A DNA stretch of 64,000 nucleotides from Trichoplax adhaerens (taxonomy: Eukaryota; Animalia; Placozoa): contig NW_002060944.1 of assembly GCF_000150275.1 (NCBI RefSeq), positions 2,704,152 to 2,768,151 on the forward strand, written 5' to 3'. Of this stretch, positions 16,914 to 30,575 are shown one piece after another. Each line of letters opens with the position of its first letter. Position 1 is the stretch's first letter. Position numbers and translations under genes: made by a program. The notes beneath the pieces are model-generated. The model saw only the letters and a program-made list of their open reading frames with translations, had not been told where the DNA came from and did not search any database.

Positions 16914-19173
16914 ATGCGTCGTTTAGCTTTCCGACCGTTATGGAAAAGAGACACAATTCGTCCATTATGCAATGGTAAGATATACAGTACTGTACTACTT
17001 AGATAGTAATCAATGCAATGAATTTCTCTAGTATAGTATGCAATGATTGAGTTGCAAAGCGAGGTAAACGTGGATTTCCTGATGAAAATACAGTATCAAT
17101 TTAAATCGAAATTGTGTCAGAAGCCTTACTGTGAAGACACTATACATTTTTATAATAATACAATGTTGTTGCACTTATAATAATACTCAGTTAAACATTT
17201 GCTGCTACCAATACAGTTATAAAATATGCATTGCAAAAGCAGACACAGCCACGATAGCTAGTGATCTAGTCCAAATCTCGCTTGCCAGTGTTGCACCGAT
17301 GCTGAAGGCTGGCTATGATTTGCTGAGGCAAAAGTATTTTCCTGCTAATATTTAATAATAAATGATTGCCAATGTAGCTAGTGGTTTAGGTTACCAACAC
17401 GAGAGCCACCAGGATGATGCGGAAAGCTCCATAAATCAGGAGACGGACACACGAAAAGTACTCTACAATCAACATATTCCAACTACTAATTTTCAACGTG
17501 CAGCGCTAGCCTTTGGTTCAGCCTTTGCAGCATTAAATGACCCAAGAAGGCATGGTAAATGTTGATTAGGAGTACTATAGAAACTGCTTCATGATTTTAA
17601 CTAGCAGTTAGAAATTACTTTTACGATCATATAAAACTACTGTACATTACATCGAAATTGATATTTTAAACAGTAAACTGTTACAAACTTACCAAATAGA
17701 CTACTCATTCAGTTTGACTTTGCTGTACATTGAGTATACAGTACTGTCTACTGTATTAATACATGCGAAAGAATATGACGTAAATTATTAATTAATTATT
17801 GCGTCTCAGAAAAGAAAGATTACGTAACCAACGTATTCAAACAATTTGCAATACTTACTAATAACTTTAATACTTGCACGCACTTAATGAGATTGTAAAA
17901 CGAGCGTTGATTATCATCCTATAACATTTCCGCGTACATAACTCAATCAATCTATCATTTACAAAACGCAATTTGCCTTCAATATACTGCATAATCAAGC
18001 TATCATAGCTATACTGATATAACTCTTTCCCGCAGTTATGGTTGCTGATCTCGGCGAAGCGACTGGACAGTTTGCCCTGGAAAGACTAAGATCAAAAATG
18101 AATGCGGATCCTTCTGGCCGCCAAATTCTTAGGTTCTACATTGATCGATAGCAATATTAACTTGTAGCAGATATACATGTTACTATTAACGATAAATATT
18201 CAACCGAAGGATACCTATCGCATAAGAGATTTTTATCTGATCTGTAAAATGTGATGTATGCTATGTATTATCGGAATATTCAATTAGATCAATTTTCTTT
18301 TCAGGGAGAGGCCTAGAATCCATTCCTCTGTTGTAAACCTTGACAAGCTAAGAAATTTTCCGGAAGATTCGTTCGGAAAAGCATATGTGCAATTTCTTGA
18401 TACTAATGTAATATATAAATTAAATTTTTACACGTTTAAAATGAGCGTCTTAAATTCGCTACATGGTTTCCGATAAATTTCATTCTTTTTAATGATATAC
18501 AGGAAATCACGCCCGATAGCAGAATGCCTGTATGCTTTCAAATATTTCACTGCATAATCCACGTAACATTGTTATATGAATCAGATGCACTATCTACAGT
18601 TCTGGTAATGTCAATTTTCTACATTCATTTTAGGTTCGTTTTGTAGATGACGAAGAACTCGCTTACGTGATGACCCGATATCGAGAAATCCATGACTTCG
18701 TTCATACTTTACTTGGACTATCGATTAGGTAGAAAATGGTACCGTAGCTTTTGCTAATGTTGACCACACATTTCTTACAATTGTGTTATATTTAACATTA
18801 TTAGTGTGCCGAATGAAATTATAGTGAAATGGTTTGAAATGATTCAAACTGGCTTGCCTATGTGCATGCTGGGGTCTTTCTTTGGACCTCTGAAACTTTC
18901 ACTTGGGTATTAAAAGTAGCGATATCCTTTATTTAGAAAATACACGCATCATATAATCCTTCTGCAACTGATTTTACTTATGCTGCTAATTACAGGGATA
19001 ATTTCATATTAACGAGGTACTATATACCATGGGTGGTCAATACTGCTAGGAAGGCAAAGTCAGTTATGAATGTCTACTTTGAGAAACAGTTTGATCGGCC
19101 AATAGAAACGCTACGACAGGAATTAAATATTACTATACCGCCAAATGTACCTTTTGAAGGAAAATACATTTAA
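16914..19173 (+). CDS. COQ4: Ubiquinone biosynthesis protein COQ4, mitochondrial
   Basis: Exon 1 (16914-16974) encodes an Arg-rich presequence-like [20 protein letters not shown]. Later exons give [42 protein letters not shown] (HDxxH), [14 protein letters not shown] and MNVYFEK. The stop is at 19171-19173. Confidence 0.93.
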
Positions 19174-20589
19174 GTATTGACCATACGAGAATGATAACCT
19201 GTATTGCTTCGCTATGATCAGTATACAACTCCGTAAGTGTACGAGCGTGCATGTTGTAATATGAAGAAAGAACATGTATGTCTACTGCATTGATATTAAA
19301 ATATGCTGTGATTTGTACCGTACCCAATCGTAAGATGAACGCCTATCGATAGTAAAGAAACATCATGGAAGATTGATATTACGATATTGTTAACACGCAT
19401 AATACAACATCTAATGTTATTGCCGCTTCGGACAACTGCAGCACTGAATTGTCAAGTAACTGATTTATCTGAAATTCAAGTCTGAATGAAATGCTCATTT
19501 TTGCATCACATTAGATTTACAGAATAAGGATAATATTATATTGTTTACAGTGGTCTTTTTCGTAAAAATGTGATTTTAGGAAAGTTGTAATTGAATCTGA
19601 TTACGGATTTTATTATAGATACCATTGCTACAGATATCCATTTCTCTATTGTACATTTTTATGGTAATCCAGAAGTGATAAAAGCATTTGTTTCTCATTC
19701 ACTACGATACAGCTGCTTTAATTGTTACTGCTATTAAATAAATGTTAAACTTATGATAAAATGAATGAGAGAAGAATATGTCAATTTTTTTAAAATCTGT
19801 GTTGAGCGAGCTATTAACAGCAGCTGTTATTCCTTCGTTGTTACTACAGAGTGGAATGTTTAAACGTAATGGCTGATATATGATCTTCAGTACAATTTAG
19901 CACCATAACGTAGGGACTGTTACTAATGCGATCTATTACGTTCATGGCGCAAGTTATTGCAGTACGAGTATAGAGAATTTTATTATCTAACGGATTCTAA
20001 CCACATAATTTTACTATATTTAACTTAATATAAATTGCCCAAAATATCGTACTTTTTCTTAATTCCAATTGTATGCTCAGGAAGATGAGAAAGATGAATT
20101 ACAGTGCTGTGCTACAAGTTATGACAGTATTATTGTGCTTGATTTGTAGAAACTTAGAAGTCAATTTTACTTTATTAAGTCTTTAAAATAGGTTACGTCA
20201 TTTCAAAGTAATGGCTTTACCTTTCAAAGTTGTGTACGCGTACAGCAATAGAGCTTCTGTTGTTGTGCACCATTTTTTACTGAAGTAATTATAAGTAAGC
20301 AACCACAGTTTTTAATACTGTATATACCTGATCCGGCGCAACCAGTTCTGCTGGTAAGCATAGTTGACAGTAGGCTCTATGACTATCCTAAATATTTCTT
20401 TTCGCAAACTACAGCCAAGAATGAAGTCGATTCACGTATAAACTGTTCTGTTATATTCGTAAATAGTCAAAAACCAGACGATCAACTTAAATTCGTAACA
20501 GAAACTACCTCATGCAATTCCTATTAGTACCGTGGAAATGGCCTATGCCTTTTATCTAATCTAAAAGCATAGCAGAATACTGCAAGGCC

Positions 20590-22450
20590 CCTTGATCCTA
20601 TGCCCCCATGATGCCCGCTCCGACACTCGATCTAGGGCAGGACAATGGATTGCATTTTTAGGCCTTGCCAGTCGACAAGATACAGGATAGCGAATGAGAT
20701 AGTAAATCATCGTCCTACGCATTCTCATCTATGCCTGCTACTGCTGTTCTTTCTATTACTGTACCGCTTAACTCTAACTTACCTTAACATCGCTGAAATT
20801 ATAGCTTTTTCCTACGCCTTTGCTACAACTGTTGCTGCTATTGTTTATTAATTAACCGATTAATCCCTAGTTATTTCGTAGTGATGCATGACGTAACTAA
20901 CGATAAACTGCAGCTTTTACCTACTAGTATACTGCTGTTTTTTTCTTTCCGTACCCCATAACAGCAACTTACTGCTTAAATATGGAGCGAACTGCTTACT
21001 TTTATGGCAGAAATGTCAATACTGACATGTTAATGTTTCAGCGTTTACTACAGTCAACTACAAGTTTAAGCCTTAGGGTTTTCTCACTACAACTTCAATC
21101 CATAAATGTTACTTCACTACTCTACACTACTGTACTATAAGAAAAAGTAGTAATGTAGAGCTCAGCTATACGTGTAATATTTTATATGTAACACAGGGCA
21201 ATACCAGTAATGTCATGGACCTAGTTAAACGAGCATCCTAATAACTTTAACTAGCTATAGCTATGCTTCCACTTTAATGTTGGTTCTACGTTTCTGAACA
21301 AAGAAAAGCAGCTTTTAGTAGTGCTAAGGGTGATAACATTGCTAATTTGCAATCATGAGTTTACTAAGTTTACTTGCAGCTACACATAAAATGGAATTTG
21401 GAGTACCAGCCACGAATCCGCCAACCCATTTCCAGGTTTACTTTGTCACTGTGCCACTATTTACAACAGCTTTATCGGCTGTAGTTCTTCGACTACAGTT
21501 ACTATTTCTGTTCATAACCGGTTTTAAACTGAGAGTATAATATGTTTACTCGTGAGTCAGTTGTAGTATTCGGTTAGAAATAAATTAATTCTAGAACCTT
21601 TCACTATACCGTTAATGTTAACTATAAAAAGCTACAGTAATATAATTTCATCGCGAGTACCTTTTCATTAAATAGCTTTTGCACTCATTCAACCTTTACG
21701 TATTTTTAAATACATAGCCCCATCTATCTTTAAGTATTAATGATAGTACGCCGCTAAATTAAGTGATGCAAAAACAACGGTATTTGCTTAGCAGAAGTTT
21801 TCCGTCATATCTACACTGTTCTTTACGGATGCAACAAAAATCCCCTAATGGCTCCTCCTCTCACTTCCCCTTTCCGTAAAAATTTCCAAAAATTCTTACA
21901 AAAAGTAAGAGGAGGAGGAATTTTTCTTTAGCAGTCTCTGGCAACTGTAGACAAACAATTTTAAATCTAGTTGAAATTAGCTCACTATAGCTTTACTGTT
22001 GCAATATTCTCTTTTTATTTAAAACTGATAAAATAGGGATGTACCACTGCATTATAAAATCGAATTAGTTTTGCCATTAAGAATAACTATTAAGGTTCTA
22101 GGGGAAATATGCAAATCCAAGGATTAGTGATCAGTTAGCATCCAACGACTGTAGATCTACTAAAAATAAAAACTGATAATAATCTAAGGACTGAATAAAA
22201 GCAAGCTAAGCAACATTTTTCGCAAGATTCAGATAACAAATACCTTCAGGTTCTCTTAGAAAATTGTGAAGCTCTCAAAACAAACGTTGAAATTCATCAA
22301 AACTCTTTAATAATCTCAATAGTAATCAATAAAAAACTTAGAAAACTATACTAGCAACTGATCTTGAAACATTAAAACTTAGCCATCAAAACAGTAACTT
22401 TTTCAGTACCAGGGATACGTTTTATCACTAATATCAATTTTAACTAATAA
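20590..22450 (+). mobile_element. Possible highly degenerate viral/TE relic
   Basis: Gene-free stretch with no exon-intron pattern, a GC-rich 5' patch and stop-interrupted frames. At 20706-20845 it is rich in TGC/TGT/CAT codons that revert to Arg. No recognisable domain, TIR or LTR was seen. Confidence 0.25.
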
Positions 22451-23345
22451 TCTATGAATTACTTGAATTACTTGCATGAAAAGATTTTATGTGAGTAAAA
22501 GCTATTAATACCCTATCCTGGTGGATAATGGATATCCGTTACAGTATTAATTTTCTTTGTTTTAGTCTATTCAATTCCCTATTTTGTCCAATATCGTTAT
22601 TATTATTAATAACTTAAACGTAAGTGCATCAATCTATCAATCGCTCCATCTCAGTAACTAAGGGTTTACTGCTGTTAAGAACAAATGCGTTAAAGTGCAA
22701 ATTACATTATTGAAGATTTCATGAAGCAACAAGTTATAAATATATATTTGAAATTTAGATAACAAAAACTTGAGTCGAGTCTGAGGTCGGTATTATGAAG
22801 TGATAAATATTCACTGTCCTGTGATTATAATTATTTAATCGGGGTTGAAAAGCATGATAATGCATGTTTATTTTAATACTTGGATATAATATAAATACTA
22901 AAATATAATTTAGATTAATCATTTTGTTAGTTGTACAAAATGAAAAATCTAGCGGCCTCAAATATGGCCATTAATTTCTGAGTGATTATAAAATAATCTT
23001 CAAATTTTAAAATATAAGCATCAGTTTGGGATGATGTATCAATTTTATTCACCCCCCTGTGGTATAATTCATATATAGAGTAAGCTATGGATAGCTAGCA
23101 ATTTTAATTTATTATTGTACCACAATCTAGAATTCGTTTAAATCTTTGAAATTATCTTTATTTAAATAAGAAATTGTTTGTAACTTTTTAAATTCCGATT
23201 CTGGTACGCAGCAATAAATTATCTTACTGTATTAATAGTAGATTGCCTACGTATGCTATCCGGTCATGTACTTAAATTAAGTAATCATTTAAAACAAGGC
23301 CTTTACAAATGTGATATTATTTTAAGATATCGGTATCTATCTATT

Positions 23346-26300
23346 TTATATAGGCGAAATCTTAACAAAAATATCTCGATCTGGCTGCAATACTGTATAT
23401 CTTGCCAGCTTAACATCTTCACTTTCGGGCAATATTTCAAATCGAAAAGCTGAAACAAGTATAGTAAATATTACTTTAACTTCTATCAGAGCTAGCTTTT
23501 TCCCAATGCAACTGCTACTGCCTAGTCCAAATGGCGAAAAGGTGAAATTATCATAATTTTTTTCTTCCATAAATCGGTCTGGATTAAATGTTAATGGATC
23601 TTTCCAGAATTTTTCAAGCCTAATAAGGAGGTAGTTTTAATACTCACTACTACTTAATAGTGCTACCTTGCTACTAGCATTCAAAGTGTCATGATTCTGG
23701 ATCATGCTGATAAATGGCAATACAGTGTCAGAAAATGGTTGTAATATTGTTCCAAAAGCACATTTACAACGATATCATGCCCGTTATCGTAATGTACTAC
23801 TTTCAAATGATAAATAAACATATGCCGTATTACATAATATTGTTACACGACTCAACAATTATATTTATGTAACCATAGCCTATTTTGCCTTAAACTAGGC
23901 ATGACTAACCTGTGTGTGACGGCTAGACATAGAAACAGTTTAGTTCCTTTCGGGATATAATAATCTCCAATAACATCATCCACTATAGACTCTCTTTCTA
24001 CAGCGGGTGCAGGAGGATATAATCTATTCCATAAGTAACAAGAAATGATTTCGTCTACTTATCACACAAGATAATATCGTCATAACTCAACTAGTAATTA
24101 GACTTTTACACATAGGTTTTACTTTACAACTCAAGCTTTGCATCGTTAATTAATACCGTAATGATTCTTTAATGACACAATCTAGAAACTTCATTGATGA
24201 AATAGCTTCCCAGGTGTTTGACTTTGGGGTTGAATTGATTTTTTCTTTAACTTCTTTGCGTAATCGATCTTGAATAAGTTGATATTTAGCTAAGCAGAAC
24301 ATTGTCCAGATGAAGCACGATCCGACCGTCTATATTGATTGATTGGAAATATTGGATAACGTTATGGTCTAAATTTAATACGAAAATCTGTATTCATATA
24401 TATTTGATGTGAGTTAGCATTACTACTGTGCATGGCTACTTTGTAAATTATGCCTACATCTTTTCCGGCAATAATAAACGTCATTAGCTGATCACGTAGT
24501 TCATCATTGGATAGTTTACTATTTGTCCGCAGATCTCGAACCTTTAAGAGTAAATCCAAAAGATCCAGAACTTTACCATTTTCTAAAAATTTCAATTTTA
24601 CTATTGTTAATTTTCGCACGATAGACTGTACAAGTTGAATAATCAAATAAAATGAAACAACAATAAGGGAGATGATCAAAAGCTGAGTAAAATACAAAAA
24701 TTTAAGTAGAGTATTTCCTATCCTTTACATTTACCTCTTCCCATAAGCGTACTGCACTAAAAATTTCGTAATCTAAACTATTGATGTGACTCATGTCAAC
24801 TATTGATGTCAAACATGTAATCTAACTTTGGTTACCATATCTAATACCTGAGCTGTTATATGATGGTTGTTTGTGTCTTTTTCTAGTTAGTGAGTCATCT
24901 AGCATCTTATTAAGTTCTTTATCCGCATTCTGAAATTGCTTAACATTTCGAAAAGGTATTTGATTGAAGAATGGTAAGCTTCTCAAAAGACTATATAGTG
25001 ATGACACAGAATACCCTTTACAACAACTTTATAGACTCCCATCAATTTATTGCCCATTATATATAGTCGATAGTGCAACGAAGCATTATGCTTTTCATTT
25101 ATACGTATACAGTTATCAACTTGCGAATTGAAATTCTGCTATTCTAACATACCTACAAAGGCAGGGATAACAATTTGTAACAGTTCCACCATTTATACAT
25201 TATTCTTACCTAATATAGTTGTTTGATAATACAAAACTAATGTTTTCTGATAATGTAGACCGATTAGAGTTACTGAGCGACCCAAAATCACGATTTAATA
25301 CAAATTTTCCGATTATATCTGATGTCTATTGAATTAAATGAATATAAGATTTAGAAAATACTTTTAAAAGAGTCGGAGCGTTAGAATAGAAGCAAAATAA
25401 AAATGACTAGTTTACGTTTGTGAATATTTAGATTGGTTATCTTAATAATAAATACTAGAAACTAGACCTATAATGTTTCGAAGCCCCTGAATAAAACGTC
25501 TTATAAAAAGTAAAGATTAACATACCGCTGCTCCAAAATAGCTGTTAATCGATACCACTGCTGTTTGATTACTGCTGGAACTGATTTCTTTTGCCCATAA
25601 ATCTTTAATTTTATATCCAACTTCCTCGATTGTTACTACAAGTTCTGACCGTTATAAGTATCCGGTTCGTAAACAATTTTAAAATTAAAAAATTTAGAAA
25701 TTTTAGGAATTAACACGCGGAAGAGTTTCGAATGTAAGGTGTGATGTCTTTACAAGTTAGAACTAATTAACACTATTAATTTTAATAATACTGAACGCTG
25801 TACAGGATACATCGCTGTATTGGCCCTAATTTAGGTGAACCTTTGATATTTGATAGCTTAAATACTGGATTAAGCATTTTTCTTTGCCACACATGGTCAC
25901 TTTTTGAACAAGTCAACAGTCCGTTTCCTAGTAATCTCTGAGTAGGCCTTTTATCATGATTATGTAAAATTAAGACAAACTATTGTAAAAAATGTAAACA
26001 TAAAAACGATAACTAAAATTTTACAGTATTTATCTAATGAAGCAATTAATGGAAAGACTTTATTAATGTAAAATGATTATTATACCCAAAATAGTTATCG
26101 GGTTTCTTGTATCTAGATTCATAATCGATCAAAACGTGCTTGAAAACTTTAGGATCAGCTGTTAAAATTACTGGTGATCCAAGCCAAAAGTGCATACGAA
26201 TGGTAAGGCCATACTTATTTATCCACCTATAAGAAATGCTTAATTAAACTTTATTGGCATAGTATTATTAAAAGGTCCTATGAAATTGCAACACATTATG

Positions 26301-26924
26301 CTGCAAAGATAGCTAGAACAAGTAATTAAATTAATTGCAACACGAGCTTATAGTTCATCTAATGTAATGCCAATGAGATCTACGATTTCGGAAGTAGTTA
26401 ATTGTAACTGATAAATTGTTACTTTTTCATGACAGTAGTTATTATAACATCACCTGAAATAACTTGATAAGTATTCTTCATTACTTAACTCTCTTAAATT
26501 TCCATAGAGCAGTGAATATGGAGGACCAGGAATCTGTTCTTGTTTCAATTATAAACCGATATAAATCGCATCAATTCTATCATGAATGTCTTATATTAAT
26601 GCTATTTGCTAATATGTAAGTGTATAGTAAAGATAGTAAAACAATTACATTATAATTTTTTAAACGATGCAATGAACTAGAGATGTCAATTCTTACTGTA
26701 ATTATCAGTAAGTAAAAATTACAAACCAAATTATAACTCTTTCTCTAGTCTTGAAACTTCATTTAACGTACCTTCTTTAAAGGTGATGTATAATGTCTAA
26801 TTAGCCAGGATAAAATTACGTAAATTAATAGGATGGCAATTACAGAGATGAATTTATTCAAGAACGACGATTGCAAGAATTCATTAAGTATGTGTTCAAG
26901 CCAATAGAAAAATTCTGACTCCAT
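23346..26924 (-). CDS. Cytochrome P450 (microsomal; CYP3/CYP4-clan-like, clan not resolved)
   Basis: N-terminal TM anchor, IPGPP hinge, GNGLLT...WQRKMLNPVF, I-helix FIIAGKDT, K-helix ESLR, FNPDRF and heme motif FGLGSSSCIG. About 11 exons. One internal acceptor near 25030 is uncertain. Confidence 0.9.
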
Positions 26925-28350
26925 CGCGTTAATCTTTCTAGATATTTTCTTTACAGCAAACTTAATACAGATGACTAAAACTAATCAAATATTAATTCTG
27001 CACGTACCGATCAGTCGATACAGAAATTTGATCGTATGTAACACTCTGCTGTCGTTTATGACGGTTTCAATACATTGCTTTACGTTCATAGTAATTCTAC
27101 AGAGTTTCTATGGAATCGGATTTGCATAAAATATTTACAGACTTTGCCCTAATTAGTAAATTGGTTTTAATTCCATTATGCCAACTGTCGCTAATAATGA
27201 CCTTTGGACATTTCTTCTATTGAGAACGTGATTACACATTAATAATTATTAGTTTACAGCTTCAGGGATGGCCATAGACTTGATACTCCTGCATCTCTTG
27301 AAAGTAATAATTTCTACAAGTCTTTCTAATAAAATGAAATAAATGCTACTATGGGAATCAAGATATTGGCTATTTACTTTACTATAGCATTAGTTTGTAC
27401 GTTTAAGTAAGTATGGCGGAAATTACCGTCAGAAATAGAAAATAATCTTGCAGGTAGAAGTATTCTATTGGTATCTTTAATTCTTAATCATCGAATTTTA
27501 TTCGATTGCATATGAAATTATTTTTACTATAATTATGCAGAGAGTTTTCTATAGTGCCATATGCAGTACTGTGTACGTGTACAACATACACATGCTGTAT
27601 ACAGTACAACAGCGCTGTAGTGCTTCTTTTTTGATAAATTACTAGACTCGGCTAGCTATTATATTATAATTATCGGTTCCGGAGTATCATAATGTACATA
27701 AACTCCGCATCCCCTTAACTGTCTGATTTAATGAATTATATCAGTAAATAACTAATACATAGTAATTCAAATCCGTAGAAATTATCAACGCACGTATAAC
27801 AATAGTTGACGATTGAAGCTACGATAACGCTTATTTCCGTTATATCTAACTGATAGATACGCAACGCAAACAAATTAATCAGATAGAAATCAGGGCTATA
27901 CAAAAAATTATCGAATATTTGGAGCCTAGAATACAAATTTAAAGCACAAAGAAAGATAGCGATATTAAAATAAATTACATAAACCATTAATGCTATAACT
28001 TTACTCTATATTTAACTACAATAAATATGCGTATGTTATGATCCAAGTCAGATATGTAAGCACATCATAAGGCATGGATTGAATATATAGGAAGAGTTTG
28101 CCTTCATACTTATCTGTTCATAGTAACTGTAAAGGTAGGTTAAATGTAAACAAATCGCAGTATGCTCATAATTATAATTTAACCTCTATAGCGATTGATT
28201 GCAAATTTTAAAGCAGCCACATCTAAAAATGTTCAAAAACATCTATATAGTACGAATTTAACTTTTGTTAATTGGAATGCCAGCAGCTCACTTTTATTTC
28301 GATCTTGTATGTTATTTTGAATGCGAGAATTGTAATAAAAGTATAATGTA

Positions 28351-30575
28351 CTATAACTGTTTGAAGGATATATTAACATATTCGTCCTCAAAGTTATTAC
28401 CGTTAAAGTTATCATACATAGCTTCAATATCGTCGTCGTCATTCGATGCTGGTGACTCACTTTTATCCTCAAAGTTATTACCATTAAAATTGTCATACAT
28501 TGCCTCAGTATCGTTATTAGATACCGGTATTTCATATTCACCTGTAAAGTCAGCATTATCAAAACTGTCATATATTGCATCGAAACTGTATTCATCATTC
28601 CTTAACACCGTTAATTCCTGTCGCACTCTAGTCGAAGCCTCATGTGAAATACTTGTGTTTTCTAGCTGGCCAGATAAAGTGTCAACATTATGGCTATTCT
28701 TGTTACCATAGCTATCTTGTTGCGTTGATATGGTAGTTGTAGAGTGTATCTTCTTTGCACTTTCCAGTTTATCAGGCGAAATTTCAACGATGCCATTTTC
28801 TCCATCACGGCTAATTCGCTGCTGCTTTGGCGTGGAAATTTCACTTAAATTATCATACATTGTATCAGCAGTATTACTCCATGTATTGCCATCTACATAT
28901 TTCGACATGGATACCGCAGTTTGTTCGAAATCTTCTGAATTGGCTGCTGATCCACTATCGTAATCATCCGTTACATCATGACGTGGCTCTATTTGAGTTC
29001 CCATGATTGTGTACTCCTGAGCATTGGCAATTTGTGCTCCTTCCAAAACGGCATAGGTCATATCACTGCATGAATCTTTACAAAATGTTGCGTATTCGCT
29101 ATCTGATGGGTTAGGTTTTGTTTTGACTGTTTCTTCCATATCTTGGCTATAGCGAACAGTTAATACACCGGAATTGCTATCACTTGACACTCGTTTGCCG
29201 CTATAACTATGTGACAACTGTTGCTTTTGATTGGCGTTGTTGTCTAATCCATATACAGGATTACGATCTAGTAGAGACCGAGATTGATAGTTAGGATATA
29301 AATTGACGCAAGTGCTTATATTACTATTCTTCTTCTTACCTGAACAGCTTTGACACGCTGAATTATTTAATCTCATATTTTTGATATTTGCCCATTCGTT
29401 GAACTTGAATGACCCACTGGCACTGGCAGTGCCACGATCTATAGCAATTTTTGGTGTAGCAATTGGTTGACTAGTTGTATGATCCTTAGCTGGCGATTTA
29501 GTTGGTGTTGCTATTTCAGATGATGCAATGCCACCTAAATTGAGACTGTTAAAGCCAACGGAATATTCGATGAAGGTATCCATTTTATCGTAGTCTTCAT
29601 ATACAGATGTCATCTTTCGTTGAATAGAGTCCCTTGTCCCTTCATCTGCTGACTTAAATTTATAGGTGATACTACAACTGATGAGTCGATTAATTTCAAC
29701 GTTGTCTTGGCCTTTCGTGTAAAAATGATATTCGCCTTGGCCTAGCAATGATCTTCGACCTGATTCGAAGGTAAATCGATTGCTCCCTGTACAGTTGAAG
29801 CTTCGAATGCAGCGGTATGACCACATAGCTATAATCGATTGAGAATCTTTTTCCGCTAAAATAATACCACTGGTGCATAACCATAAAAAGCATTTATTGA
29901 TTGCAGCGATTCCCAGCTGCTGCATGGATTTAGAATCGGTAGTCTGAATAGGGTACAAATTACCTATTGGAGGATTATCATATTTCAGAAATGAAATTCG
30001 AGTTAATAGTTGAGTTGGCGTTCAGCGTTACGATACCGAGACAAAAAAAAGAGTAATTAAAAAATATTACAGATCTCACAAATTTAACTTGCAAATCGAT
30101 GTCTTTCAAAATAGTTTTATGAAATTTCACTATTTGTACAAATTGGCGACACTACAATACTTGGTTTTATAAAGTTTATAAATTTACCTTCAGTTGATGG
30201 TTTCAGAGTAGCCATCCGCTGAATTTTTTGGATCCAAGAATCCTGTATAGTCCTGTTTTCAGCGGCTATGCGTAATATTTTCTTTTGTGCAATGACCTCC
30301 AAGACATATTCCCTGTCGTAGTTTGTCTTACTAAAACTATTGTGTTGGCTGCAGCGGACAACACGAAAGTTTGGAAATAGAATCATTGAGCCTTTCTTTG
30401 GTTTACTATTATTCCAAGCGTTCTCATTTTCGTAGTAGTCAATTATACCAATTTTACTCATTCTAGAACGGCGTAATATTACAAAACGGCGTCTCCATTT
30501 CGATGCAAACCATGAACTAACGCTTCTATCACTTACGTTATCAACTGCGATTATTTTTAATTTCAGGAGATAGCC
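28351..30575 (-). CDS. DOK/IRS/FRS-like docking protein: PH + IRS-type PTB + long Tyr-rich disordered tail (5' exon not located)
   Basis: Exon 30575-30188 encodes a PH domain (GYLLK...KWRRRFVIL...SWIQKI). Exon ~29963-28351 encodes a PTB domain (WSYRCIRSF...FTFESGRRSLLGQGEY) and an acidic tail with repeated YDN motifs. Confidence 0.82.

Noticed and set aside
25140-25165. AG|GT junction in a P450 intron suggesting a recursive splice site
   Set aside because: An ordinary in-phase acceptor near 25030 can explain the frame, and the site cannot be supported without junction reads.
28233-28963. Alternate-frame and antisense ORFs over the docking-protein tail (similarly 35503-36763 and 38907-39155)
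   Set aside because: They are shadows of long coding exons.
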